A stretch of 64,000 nt of DNA from the human T2T-CHM13v2.0 reference genome, Homo sapiens: assembly GCF_009914755.1 (NCBI RefSeq), contig NC_060930.1; one strand, given 5' to 3'. Made by a program: the position numbers and the translations under genes. The notes beneath the pieces are model-generated. The model did no database searches. It was not told the DNA's origin and saw only the letters and a list, made by a program, of their open reading frames with translations. Shown one piece after another: positions 23,951 to 37,600 of this stretch (position 1 is the first letter of the stretch; each line of letters opens with the position of its first letter).

Positions 23951-26900
23951 TCTGTGTTCAACTCACAGAGTTTAACATTTCCTTTGATAGAGCGGTTTAG
24001 TAACCCTCTCTTTGTAGAATTTGGAAGTGTATACTAAGAGCGCTTTGAGGCCTATGGTAGAAAAGGAAATATCTTTCCATAAAAGCTAGACAGAAGCAAT
24101 CTCAGAAACTCCTCTGTGATGTCTGCATTCAACTCACCGAGTGGAACATTCCTCTTGAGAGAGCAGTTTGGAAACACTCTTTCTGTAGAATCAGCTTGTT
24201 TGTATTTGGACCTCCTTGAGGCCTTCGTTGGAAACGGGTTTTCATCTTATAAACCCAGACAGAAGAATTCTCAGAGTCTTCTTTGTGATGTGTGCTTTCA
24301 ACTCACCGAGATAAAGATTTCTCTTGATAGAGCAATTTGGAAACACTCTTTTTGTAGAATTTGCAAGGGTACATTGAGAGCGCTTTCAGGCCTATGGTAG
24401 AAAAGGGAATATCTTTCCATAAAAGGTAGACAGAAGCAATCTCAGAAACTACTTTGTGATGTGTGCATTCAACTCACCGAGTGCAACGTTCCTCTTGACC
24501 GAGCAGTTTGGAAACATTGTTTCTGTAGAATCTGCAAGTGGATATTTGGACCTCTTTGAGGCCTTCGTTGGAAACGGGATTTCTTCCTATAAACCCAGAC
24601 AGAAGAATTCTCAGAGACTTCTTTGTGATGTGTGAATTCAACTCACAGTGTGGATCCTTCCTTTTGATAGAGCAGTTTTGAAACCCTGTTTTTGTAGTAT
24701 TTCCAAGCGGATATTTGGAACGCCTTGAAGCGTATGGTAGAAAAGGAAATATCTTCCCATAAAACCTAGACAGAACCAATCTCAGAAACGACTTTGTGAT
24801 GTCTGCATTCAAGTCACAGAGTTGAACATTTCTCTTGATAGAGCAGTTTTGAAACCCTCTTTCTGAAGGATCTGCAAGTGGATATTTGGAACTCCTTTGG
24901 GTCTTCGTTGGAAACGGGATTTCTTCGTATAAATCTAGACAGAAGAATTCTCAGAAACTTCCTTGTGATGTGTGCATTCAACTCAGCGAGTGGCACCTTC
25001 CTTTGGATACAGCAGTTTTGAAACACTGTTTTTGTAGTATTTCCAAGCGGATATTTAGAGCGCCTTGAAGCCTATGCTAGAAATGGAAATATCTCCCCAT
25101 AAAACCAAGACGGAAGCAATCTCAGAAACTAATGTGTGATGGCTGCATTCCACACACACGGTGGACCATTTCTCTTGATAGAGCAGTTTTGAAACACTCT
25201 TTCTGTAGAATCTGCAAGTGGATAATTGGACCTCCGAGAGGCCTTCGTTGGAAACGGGATTTCTTCATCTAAACCTACAGAGAAGTATTCTCAGTAACTT
25301 CTTCGGATGTGTGCATTCGACGCACAGAATGGAACATTCCCTTTGATAGAGCAGTTTTGAGACACCGTTTTTGTAGAATTCCCCAGTGGATATTTAGAGC
25401 ACTTTGAAGTCTCTGCTAGAAAAGGAAACATCATCATGTAAAAAGTAGATAGAATCGTTCTCAGAAAGTGCTTAGTGTCGTGTGCGTTCAACTCACAGAG
25501 TTTAACGTTTCTTTTGATAGAGCGTTTCTGAAACACCCTTCTTGTAGTAGCTGCAAGTGGATATTTGGACCTATTGGAGGCCTTCTTTGGAAATGGGATT
25601 TCTTCATGTAACTCTAGATTGAAGAATTCTCAGAAACTCCTTTGTGATGTGTGCATTCAATTCAAAGAGTGAAACCTCCCTTTTCACAGAGCAGTTTTGA
25701 AACACTGTTTTTGTAGGATTTCCAAGGGGATATTTATAGCGCATTGAGCCTACGGCGGAAAAAGAAACATCTTCCTATAAAAACTAGAGAGAATACTTCT
25801 CAGAATCTGCTTTGCGATGTGTGCGTTCAACTCACAGAGTAAAACTTTTCTTTTGATAGAGCAGTTTTGAAACACTCTTTTTGTAGTATTTGCATGTGTG
25901 TATTTAGAGCGCATTGAAGCCCACAGTAGAAAAGGAAATAACTTCACCTAAAACCTAGACAGAAGCAATCTCAGAAACTACTTTGTGATGTGTACATTCA
26001 ACTCACAGAGTGGAACTTTCCTCTTTATAGAGCAGTGTTGAAACACTCTTTTTGTAGAAACTGCAAGTGGATATTTGGACCTCTTTGAGGCCTTCGTTGG
26101 AAACGGGATTTCTTCCTATAACCCTAGACAGAAGAATTTTCAGAAACCTCATTGTGATGTGTGCGTTCATCTCACAGAGTGGAGTCTTCCGTTTGATAGA
26201 GAAGTTTTGAAACCCTGTTCTTGTAGGATTTCCAAGTGGATATTTAGACCACTTTGAAGCCTATGATAGAAAAGGAAACATCTTCATGGAAAACATAGAT
26301 GGAATCATCCTCAGAAACAACTTTGTGATGTGTGCGTTGAACTCACCGTCTTTAACCTTTCTTTTGGTAGAGAAGTTTTGAAACACTCTCTTTGTAAAGT
26401 CTACAAGTGGATATTTTGAGCCCTTGGAGGCATTCTTTGGAAAAGGGAATGTCTTCACATAAAAGGCAGACGGAAGTGTTCTCAGAAACTGCTTTGTGAT
26501 GTCTGTGTTCAACTCACAGAGTTTAACATTTCCTTTGATAGAGCGGTTTAGTAACCCTCTCTTTGTAGAATTTGGAAGTGTATACTAAGAGCGCTTTGAG
26601 GCCTATGGTAGAAAAGGAAATATCTTTCCATAAAAGCTAGACAGAAGCAATCTCAGAAACTCCTTTGCGATGTCTGCATTCAACTCACCGAGTGGAACAT
26701 TCCTCTTGAGAGAGCAGTTTGGAAACACTCTTTCTGTAGAATCAGCTTGTTTGTATTTGGACCTCCTTGAGGCCTTCGTTGGAAACGGGTTTTCATCTTA
26801 TAAACCCAGACAGAAGAATTCTCAGAGTCTTCTTTGTGATGTGTGCTTTCAACTCACCGAGATAAAGATTTCTCTTGATAGAGCAATTTGGAAACACTCT

Positions 26901-29052
26901 TTTTGTAGAATTTGCAAGGGTACATTGAGAGCGCTTTCAGGCCTATGGTAGAAAAGGGAATATCTTTCCATAAAAGGTAGACAGAAGCAATCTCAGAAAC
27001 TACTTTGTGATGTGTGCATTCAACTCACCGAGTGCAACGTTCCTCTTGACCGAGCAGTTTGGAAACATTGTTTCTGTAGAATCTGCAAGTGGATATTTGG
27101 ACCTCTTTGAGGCCTTCGTTGGAAACGGGATTTCTTCCTATAAACCCAGACAGAAGAATTCTCAGAGACTTCTTTGTGATGTGTGAATTCAACTCACAGT
27201 GTGGATCCTTCCTTTTGATAGAGCAGTTTTGAAACCCTGTTTTTGTAGTATTTCCAAGCGGATATTTGGAACGCCTTGAAGCGTATGGTAGAAAAGGAAA
27301 TATCTTCCCATAAAACCTAGACAGAACCAATCTCAGAAACGACTTTGTGATGTCTGCATTCAAGTCACAGAGTTGAACATTTCTCTTGATAGAGCAGTTT
27401 TGAAACCCTCTTTCTGAAGGATCTGCAAGTGGATATTTGGAACTCCTTTGGGTCTTCGTTGGAAACGGGATTTCTTCGTATAAATCTAGACAGAAGAATT
27501 CTCAGAAACTTCCTTGTGATGTGTGCATTCAACTCAGCGAGTGGCACCTTCCTTTGGATACAGCAGTTTTGAAACACTGTTTTTGTAGTATTTCCAAGCG
27601 GATATTTAGAGCGCCTTGAAGCCTATGCTAGAAATGGAAATATCTCCCCATAAAACCAAGACGGAAGCAATCTCAGAAACTAATGTGTGATGGCTGCATT
27701 CCACACACACGGTGGACCATTTCTCTTGATAGAGCAGTTTTGAAACACTCTTTCTGTAGAATCTGCAAGTGGATAATTGGACCTCCGAGAGGCCTTCGTT
27801 GGAAACGGGATTTCTTCATCTAAACCTACAGAGAAGTATTCTCAGTAACTTCTTCGGATGTGTGCATTCGACGCACAGAATGGAACATTCCCTTTGATAG
27901 AGCAGTTTTGAGACACCGTTTTTGTAGAATTCCCCAGTGGATATTTAGAGCACTTTGAAGTCTCTGCTAGAAAAGGAAACATCATCATGTAAAAAGTAGA
28001 TAGAATCGTTCTCAGAAAGTGCTTAGTGTCGTGTGCGTTCAACTCACAGAGTTTAACGTTTCTTTTGATAGAGCGTTTCTGAAACACCCTTCTTGTAGTA
28101 GCTGCAAGTGGATATTTGGACCTATTGGAGGCCTTCTTTGGAAATGGGATTTCTTCATGTAACTCTAGATTGAAGAATTCTCAGAAACTCCTTTGTGATG
28201 TGTGCATTCAATTCAAAGAGTGAAACCTCCCTTTTCACAGAGCAGTTTTGAAACACTGTTTTTGTAGGATTTCCAAGGGGATATTTATAGCGCATTGAGC
28301 CTACGGCGGAAAAAGAAACATCTTCCTATAAAAACTAGAGAGAATACTTCTCAGAATCTGCTTTGCGATGTGTGCGTTCAACTCACAGAGTAAAACTTTT
28401 CTTTTGATAGAGCAGTTTTGAAACACTCTTTTTGTAGTATTTGCATGTGTGTATTTAGAGCGCATTGAAGCCCACAGTAGAAAAGGAAATAACTTCACCT
28501 AAAACCTAGACAGAAGCAATCTCAGAAACTACTTTGTGATGTGTACATTCAACTCACAGAGTGGAACTTTCCTCTTTATAGAGCAGTGTTGAAACACTCT
28601 TTTTGTAGAAACTGCAAGTGGATATTTGGACCTCTTTGAGGCCTTCGTTGGAAACGGGATTTCTTCCTATAACCCTAGACAGAAGAATTTTCAGAAACCT
28701 CATTGTGATGTGTGCGTTCATCTCACAGAGTGGAGTCTTCCGTTTGATAGAGAAGTTTTGAAACCCTGTTCTTGTAGGATTTCCAAGTGGATATTTAGAC
28801 CACTTTGAAGCCTATGATAGAAAAGGAAACATCTTCATGGAAAACATAGATGGAATCATCCTCAGAAACAACTTTGTGATGTGTGCGTTGAACTCACCGT
28901 CTTTAACCTTTCTTTTGGTAGAGAAGTTTTGAAACACTCTCTTTGTAAAGTCTACAAGTGGATATTTTGAGCCCTTGGAGGCATTCTTTGGAAAAGGGAA
29001 TGTCTTCACATAAAAGGCAGACGGAAGTGTTCTCAGAAACTGCTTTGTGATG
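23951..29052 (+). repeat. HOR units U9-U10, two tandem 15-mers
   Basis: Two successive 2551 bp periods with the same junction as U2. Confidence 0.95.
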
Positions 29053-32000
29053 TCTGTGTTCAACTCACAGAGTTTAACATTTCCTTTGATAGAGCGGTTT
29101 AGTAACCCTCTCTTTGTAGAATTTGGAAGTGTATACTAAGAGCGCTTTGAGGCCTATGGTAGAAAAGGAAATATCTTTCCATAAAAGCTAGACAGAAGCA
29201 ATCTCAGAAACTCCTTTGCGATGTCTGCATTCAACTCACCGAGTGGAACATTCCTCTTGAGAGAGCAGTTTGGAAACACTCTTTCTGTAGAATCAGCTTG
29301 TTTGTATTTGGACCTCCTTGAGGCCTTCGTTGGAAACGGGTTTTCATCTTATAAACCCAGACAGAAGAATTCTCAGAGTCTTCTTTGTGATGTGTGCTTT
29401 CAACTCACCGAGATAAAGATTTCTCTTGATAGAGCAATTTGGAAACACTCTTTTTGTAGAATTTGCAAGGGTACATTGAGAGCGCTTTCAGGCCTATGGT
29501 AGAAAAGGGAATATCTTTCCATAAAAGGTAGACAGAAGCAATCTCAGAAACTACTTTGTGATGTGTGCATTCAACTCACCGAGTGCAACGTTCCTCTTGA
29601 CCGAGCAGTTTGGAAACATTGTTTCTGTAGAATCTGCAAGTGGATATTTGGACCTCTTTGAGGCCTTCGTTGGAAACGGGATTTCTTCCTATAAACCCAG
29701 ACAGAAGAATTCTCAGAGACTTCTTTGTGATGTGTGAATTCAACTCACAGTGTGGATCCTTCCTTTTGATAGAGCAGTTTTGAAACCCTGTTTTTGTAGT
29801 ATTTCCAAGCGGATATTTGGAACGCCTTGAAGCGTATGGTAGAAAAGGAAATATCTTCCCATAAAACCTAGACAGAACCAATCTCAGAAACGACTTTGTG
29901 ATGTCTGCATTCAAGTCACAGAGTTGAACATTTCTCTTGATAGAGCAGTTTTGAAACCCTCTTTCTGAAGGATCTGCAAGTGGATATTTGGAACTCCTTT
30001 GGGTCTTCGTTGGAAACGGGATTTCTTCGTATAAATCTAGACAGAAGAATTCTCCGAAACTTCTTTGGTTGTGTGCATTCAAGTCACAGAGTGGAACCTT
30101 CCTTTGGATAGAGCAGTTTGAAACGCCGTGGTTGTAGTATTTCCAAGCGGATATTAGAGCGCCTTGAGGCCTATGGTAGAAAAGGAAATATCTTCCCATA
30201 AAACCTAGACGGAAGCAATCTCAGAAACTACTGTGTGATGGCTGCATTCCACACACACGGTGGAACATTTCTCTTGATAGAGCAGTTTTGAAACACTCTT
30301 TCTGTAGAATCTGCAAGTGGATAATTGGACCGCCTTGAGGCCTTCGTTGGAAACGGGATTTCTTCATGTTACTCTAGATAGAAGAATTCTCAAACACTGC
30401 TATGTGATGTTTGCATTCAAGTCACAGAGTGCAACATTCCTCTTGGTAGAGCAGTTCGGAAACACTCCTTTTGTAGAATCTGCAATGGGATATTTGGACT
30501 TCTTTGAGGCCTTCGTTGGAAACGGGATTTCTTCGTATGAATCTAGACAGAAGAATTCTCAGAAACTTCCTTGTGATGTGTGCATTCAACTCAGCGAGTG
30601 GCACCTTCCTTTGGATACAGCAGTTTTGAAACACTGTTTTTGTAGTATTTCCAAGCGGATATTTAGAGCGCCTTGAAGCCTATGCTAGAAATGGAAATAT
30701 CTCCCCATAAAACCAAGACAGAAGCAATCTCAGAAACTAATGTGTGATGGCTGCATTCCACACACACGGTGGACCATTTCTCTTGATAGAGCAGTTTTGA
30801 AACACTCTTTCTGTAGAATCTGCAAGTGGATAATTGGACCTCCTAGAGGCCTTCGTTGGAAACGGGATTTCTTCATCTAAACCTACAGAGAAGAATTCTC
30901 AGTAACTTCTTCGGATGTGTGCATTCGACGCACAGAATGGAACATTCCCTTTGATAGAGCAGTTTTGAGACACCGTTTTTGTAGAATTCCCAAGTGGATA
31001 TTTAGAGCACTTTGAAGTCTCTGCTAGAAAAGGAAACATCTTCATGTAAAAAGTAGATAGAATCGTTCTCAGAAAGTGCTTAGTGACGTGTGCGTTCAAC
31101 TCACAGAGTTTAACGTTTCTTTTGATAGAGCGTTTCTGAAACACCCTTCTTGTAGTAGCTGCAAGTGGATATTTGGACCTATTGGAGGCCTTCTTTGGAA
31201 ACGGGATTTCTTCATGTAACTCTAGATTGAAGAATTCTCAGAAACTCCTTTGTGATGTGTGCATTCAATTCAAAGAGTGAAACCTCCCTTTTCACAGAGC
31301 AGTTTTGAAACACTGTTTTTGTAGGATTTCCAAGGGGATATTTATAGCGCATTGAGCCTACGGCGGAAAAAGAAACATCTTCCTATAAAAACTAGACAGA
31401 ATACTTCTCAGAATCTGCTTTGCGATGTGTGCGTTCAACTCACAGAGTAAAACTTTTCTTTTGATAGAGCAGTTTTGAAACACTCTTTTTGTAGTATTTG
31501 CATGTGTATATTTAGAGCGCATTGAAGCCCACAGTAGAAAAGGAAATAACTTCACCTAAAACCTAGACAGAAGCAATCTCAGAAACTACTTTGTGATGTG
31601 TACATTCAACTCACAGAGTGGAACTTTCCTCTTTATAGAGCAGTGTTGAAACACTCTTTTTGTAGAAACTGCAAGTGGATATTTGGACCTCTTTGAGGCC
31701 TTCGTTGGAAACGGGATTTCTTCCTATAACCCTAGACAGAAGAATTTTCAGAAACCTCATTGTGATGTGTGCGTTCATCTCACAGAGTGGAGTCTTCCGT
31801 TTGATAGAGAAGTTTTGAAACCCTGTTCTTGTAGGATTTCCAAGTGGATATTTAGACCACTTTGAAGCCTATGATAGAAAAGGAAACATCTTCATGGAAA
31901 ACATAGATAGAATCATCCTCAGAAACAACTTTGTGATGTGTGCGTTGAACTCACCGTCTTTAACCTTTCTTTTGGTAGAGAAGTTTTGAAACACTCTCTT

Positions 32001-32109
32001 TGTAAAGTCTACAAGTGGATATTTTGAGCCCTTGGAGGCATTCTTTGGAAAAGGGAATGTCTTCACATAAAAGGCAGACGGAAGTGTTCTCAGAAACTGC
32101 TTTGTGATG
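29053..32109 (+). repeat. HOR unit U11, 18-mer
   Basis: 3057 bp period. Confidence 0.95.
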
Positions 32110-34660
32110 TCTGTGTTCAACTCACAGAGTTTAACATTTCCTTTGATAGAGCGGTTTAGTAACCCTCTCTTTGTAGAATTTGGAAGTGTATACTAAGAGC
32201 GCTTTGAGGCCTATGGTAGAAAAGGAAATATCTTTCCATAAAAGCTAGACAGAAGCAATCTCAGAAACTCCTTTGCGATGTCTGCATTCAACTCACCGAG
32301 TGGAACATTCCTCTTGAGAGAGCAGTTTGGAAACACTCTTTCTGTAGAATCAGCTTGTTTGTATTTGGACCTCCTTGAGGCCTTCGTTGGAAACGGGTTT
32401 TCATCTTATAAACCCAGACAGAAGAATTCTCAGAGTCTTCTTTGTGATGTGTGCTTTCAACTCACCGAGATAAAGATTTCTCTTGATAGAGCAATTTGGA
32501 AACACTCTTTTTGTAGAATTTGCAAGGGTACATTGAGAGCGCTTTCAGGCCTATGGTAGAAAAGGGAATATCTTTCCATAAAAGGTAGACAGAAGCAATC
32601 TCAGAAACTACTTTGTGATGTGTGCATTCAACTCACCGAGTGCAACGTTCCTCTTGACCGAGCAGTTTGGAAACATTGTTTCTGTAGAATCTGCAAGTGG
32701 ATATTTGGACCTCTTTGAGGCCTTCGTTGGAAACGGGATTTCTTCCTATAAACCCAGACAGAAGAATTCTCAGAGACTTCTTTGTGATGTGTGAATTCAA
32801 CTCACAGTGTGGATCCTTCCTTTTGATAGAGCAGTTTTGAAACCCTGTTTTTGTAGTATTTCCAAGCGGATATTTGGAACGCCTTGAAGCGTATGGTAGA
32901 AAAGGAAATATCTTCCCATAAAACCTAGACAGAACCAATCTCAGAAACGACTTTGTGATGTCTGCATTCAAGTCACAGAGTTGAACATTTCTCTTGATAG
33001 AGCAGTTTTGAAACCCTCTTTCTGAAGGATCTGCAAGTGGATATTTGGAACTCCTTTGGGTCTTCGTTGGAAACGGGATTTCTTCGTATAAATCTAGACA
33101 GAAGAATTCTCCGAAACTTCCTTGTGATGTGTGCATTCAACTCAGCGAGTGGCACCTTCCTTTGGATACAGCAGTTTTGAAACACTGTTTTTGTAGTATT
33201 TCCAAGCGGATATTTAGAGCGCCTTGAAGCCTATGCTAGAAATGGAAATATCTCCCCATAAAACCAAGACGGAAGCAATCTCAGAAACTAATGTGTGATG
33301 GCTGCATTCCACACACACGGTGGACCATTTCTCTTGATAGAGCAGTTTTGAAACACTCTTTCTGTAGAATCTGCAAGTGGATAATTGGACCTCCGAGAGG
33401 CCTTCGTTGGAAACGGGATTTCTTCATCTAAACCTACAGAGAAGTATTCTCAGTAACTTCTTCGGATGTGTGCATTCGACGCACAGAATGGAACATTCCC
33501 TTTGATAGAGCAGTTTTGAGACACCGTTTTTGTAGAATTCCCAAGTGGATATTTAGAGCACTTTGAAGTCTCTGCTAGAAAAGGAAACATCATCATGTAA
33601 AAAGTAGATAGAATCGTTCTCAGAAAGTGCTTAGTGTCGTGTGCGTTCAACTGACAGAGTTTAACGTTTCTTTTGATAGAGCGTTTCTGAAACACCCTTC
33701 TTGTAGTAGCTGCAAGTGGATATTTGGACCTATTGGAGGCCTTCTTTGGAAACGGGATTTCTTCATGTAACTCTAGATTGAAGAATTCTCAGAAACTCCT
33801 TTGTGATGTGTGCATTCAATTCAAAGAGTGAAACCTCTCTTTTCACAGAGCAGTTTTGAAACACTGTTTTTGTAGGATTTCCAAGGGGATATTTATAGCG
33901 CATTGAGCCTACGGCGGAAAAAGAAACATCTTCCTATAAAAACTAGACAGAATACTTCTCAGAATCTGCTTTGCGATGTGTGCGTTCAACTCACAGAGTA
34001 AAACTTTTCTTTTGATAGAGCAGTTTTGAAACACTCTTTTTGTAGTATTTGCATGTGTATATTTAGAGCGCATTGAAGCCCACAGTAGAAAAGGAAATAA
34101 CTTCACCTAAAACCTAGACAGAAGCAATCTCAGAAACTACTTTGTGATGTGTACATTCAACTCACAGAGTGGAACTTTCCTCTTTATAGAGCAGTGTTGA
34201 AACACTCTTTTTGTAGAAACTGCAAGTGGATATTTGGACCTCTTTGAGGCCTTCGTTGGAAACGGGATTTCTTCCTATAACCCTAGACAGAAGAATTTTC
34301 AGAAACCTCATTGTGATGTGTGCGTTCATCTCACAGAGTGGAGTCTTCCGTTTGATAGAGAAGTTTTGAAACCCTGTTCTTGTAGGATTTCCAAGTGGAT
34401 ATTTAGACCACTTTGAAGCCTATGATAGAAAAGGAAACATCTTCATGGAAAACATAGATAGAATCATCCTCAGAAACAACTTTGTGATGTGTGCGTTGAA
34501 CTCACCGTCTTTAACCTTTCTTTTGGTAGAGAAGTTTTGAAACACTCTCTTTGTAAAGTCTACAAGTGGATATTTTGAGCCCTTGGAGGCATTCTTTGGA
34601 AAAGGGAATGTCTTCACATAAAAGGCAGACAGAAGTGTTCTCAGAAACTGCTTTGTGATG
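32110..34660 (+). repeat. HOR unit U12, 15-mer with an atypical junction
   Basis: 2551 bp period; the junction reads ATTCTCCGAAACTTCCTTG. Confidence 0.93.
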
Positions 34661-37600
34661 TCTGTGTTCAACTCACAGAGTTTAACATTTCCTTTGATAG
34701 AGCGGTTTAGTAACCCTCTCTTTGTAGAATTTGGAAGTGTATACTAAGAGCGCTTTGAGGCCTATGGTAGAAAAGGAAATATCTTTCCATAAAAGCTAGA
34801 CAGAAGCAATCTCAGAAACTCCTTTGCGATGTCTGCATTCAACTCACCGAGTGGAACATTCCTCTTGAGAGAGCAGTTTGGAAACACTCTTTCTGTAGAA
34901 TCAGCTTGTTTGTATTTGGACCTCCTTGAGGCCTTCGTTGGAAACGGGTTTTCATCTTATAAACCCAGACAGAAGAATTCTCAGAGTCTTCTTTGTGATG
35001 TGTGCTTTCAACTCACCGAGATAAAGATTTCTCTTGATAGAGCAATTTGGAAACACTCTTTTTGTAGAATTTGCAAGGGTACATTGAGAGCGCTTTCAGG
35101 CCTATGGTAGAAAAGGGAATATCTTTCCATAAAAGGTAGACAGAAGCAATCTCAGAAACTACTTTGTGATGTGTGCATTCAACTCACCGAGTGCAACGTT
35201 CCTCTTGACCGAGCAGTTTGGAAACATTGTTTCTGTAGAATCTGCAAGTGGATATTTGGACCTCTTTGAGGCCTTCGTTGGAAACGGGATTTCTTCCTAT
35301 AAACCCAGACAGAAGAATTCTCAGAGACTTCTTTGTGATGTGTGAATTCAACTCACAGTGTGGATCCTTCCTTTTGATAGAGCAGTTTTGAAACCCTGTT
35401 TTTGTAGTATTTCCAAGCGGATATTTGGAACGCCTTGAAGCGTATGGTAGAAAAGGAAATATCTTCCCATAAAACCTAGACAGAACCAATCTCAGAAACG
35501 ACTTTGTGATGTCTGCATTCAAGTCACAGAGTTGAACATTTCTCTTGATAGAGCAGTTTTGAAACCCTCTTTCTGAAGGATCTGCAAGTGGATATTTGGA
35601 ACTCCTTTGGGTCTTCGTTGGAAACGGGATTTCTTCGTATAAATCTAGACAGAAGAATTCTCCGAAACTTCTTTGGTTGTGTGCATTCAAGTCACAGAGT
35701 GGAACCTTCCTTTGGATAGAGCAGTTTGAAACGCCGTGGTTGTAGTATTTCCAAGCGGATATTAGAGCGCCTTGAGGCCTATGGTAGAAAAGGAAATATC
35801 TTCCCATAAAACCTAGACGGAAGCAATCTCAGAAACTACTGTGTGATGGCTGCATTCCACACACACGGTGGAACATTTCTCTTGATAGAGCAGTTTTGAA
35901 ACACTCTTTCTGTAGAATCTGCAAGTGGATAATTGGACCGCCTTGAGGCCTTCGTTGGAAACGGGATTTCTTCATGTTACTCTAGATAGAAGAATTCTCA
36001 AACACTGCTATGTGATGTTTGCATTCAAGTCACAGAGTGCAACATTCCTCTTGGTAGAGCAGTTGGGAAACACTCCTTTTGTAGAATCTGCAATGGGATA
36101 TTTGGACTTCTTTGAGGCCTTCGTTGGAAACGGGATTTCTTCGTATGAATCTAGACAGAAGAATTCTCAGAAACTTCCTTGTGATGTGTGCATTCAACTC
36201 AGCGAGTGGCACCTTCCTTTGGATACAGCAGTTTTGAAACACTGTTTTTGTAGTATTTCCAAGCGGATATTTAGAGCGCCTTGAAGCCTATGCTAGAAAT
36301 GGAAATATCTCCCCATAAAACCAAGACAGAAGCAATCTCAGAAACTAATGTGTGATGGCTGCATTCCACACACACGGTGGACCATTTCTCTTGATAGAGC
36401 AGTTTTGAAACACTCTTTCTGTAGAATCTGCAAGTGGATAATTGGACCTCCTAGAGGCCTTCGTTGGAAACGGGATTTCTTCATCTAAACCTACAGAGAA
36501 GAATTCTCAGTAACTTCTTCGGATGTGTGCATTCGACGCACAGAATGGAACATTCCCTTTGATAGAGCAGTTTTGAGACACCGTTTTTGTAGAATTCCCA
36601 AGTGGATATTTAGAGCACTTTGAAGTCTCTGCTAGAAAAGGAAACATCTTCATGTAAAAAGTAGATAGAATCGTTCTCAGAAAGTGCTTAGTGACGTGTG
36701 CGTTCAACTCACAGAGTTTAACGTTTCTTTTGATAGAGCGTTTCTGAAACACCCTTCTTGTAGTAGCTGCAAGTGGATATTTGGACCTATTGGAGGCCTT
36801 CTTTGGAAATGGGATTTCTTCATGTAACTCTAGATTGAAGAGTTCTCAGAAACTCCTTTGTGATGTGTGCATTCAATTCAAAGAGTGAAACCTCCCTTTT
36901 CACAGAGCAGTTTTGAAACACTGTTTTTGTAGGATTTCCAAGGGGATATTTATAGCGCATTGAGCCTACGGCGGAAAAAGAAACATCTTCCTATAAAAAC
37001 TAGACAGAATACTTCTCAGAATCTGCTTTGCGATGTGTGCGTTCAACTCACAGAGTAAAACTTTTCTTTTGATAGAGCAGTTTTGAAACACTCTTTTTGT
37101 AGTATTTGCATGTGTATATTTAGAGCGCATTGAAGCCCACAGTAGAAAAGGAAATAACTTCACCTAAAACCTAGACAGAAGCAATCTCAGAAACTACTTT
37201 GTGATGTGTACATTCAACTCACAGAGTGGAACTTTCCTCTTTATAGAGCAGTGTTGAAACACTCTTTTTGTAGAAACTGCAAGTGGATATTTGGACCTCT
37301 TTGAGGCCTTCGTTGGAAACGGGATTTCTTCCTATAACCCTAGACAGAAGAATTTTCAGAAACCTCATTGTGATGTGTGCGTTCATCTCACAGAGTGGAG
37401 TCTTCCGTTTGATAGAGAAGTTTTGAAACCCTGTTCTTGTAGGATTTCCAAGTGGATATTTAGACCACTTTGAAGCCTATGATAGAAAAGGAAACATCTT
37501 CATGGAAAACATAGATAGAATCATCCTCAGAAACAACTTTGTGATGTGTGCGTTGAACTCACCGTCTTTAACCTTTCTTTTGGTAGAGAAGTTTTGAAAC

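Noticed and set aside
32633-33136. Unique 167 aa ORF in U12
   Set aside because: It results from the single junction base C33112 removing a minus-strand stop codon; there is no evidence of coding function.
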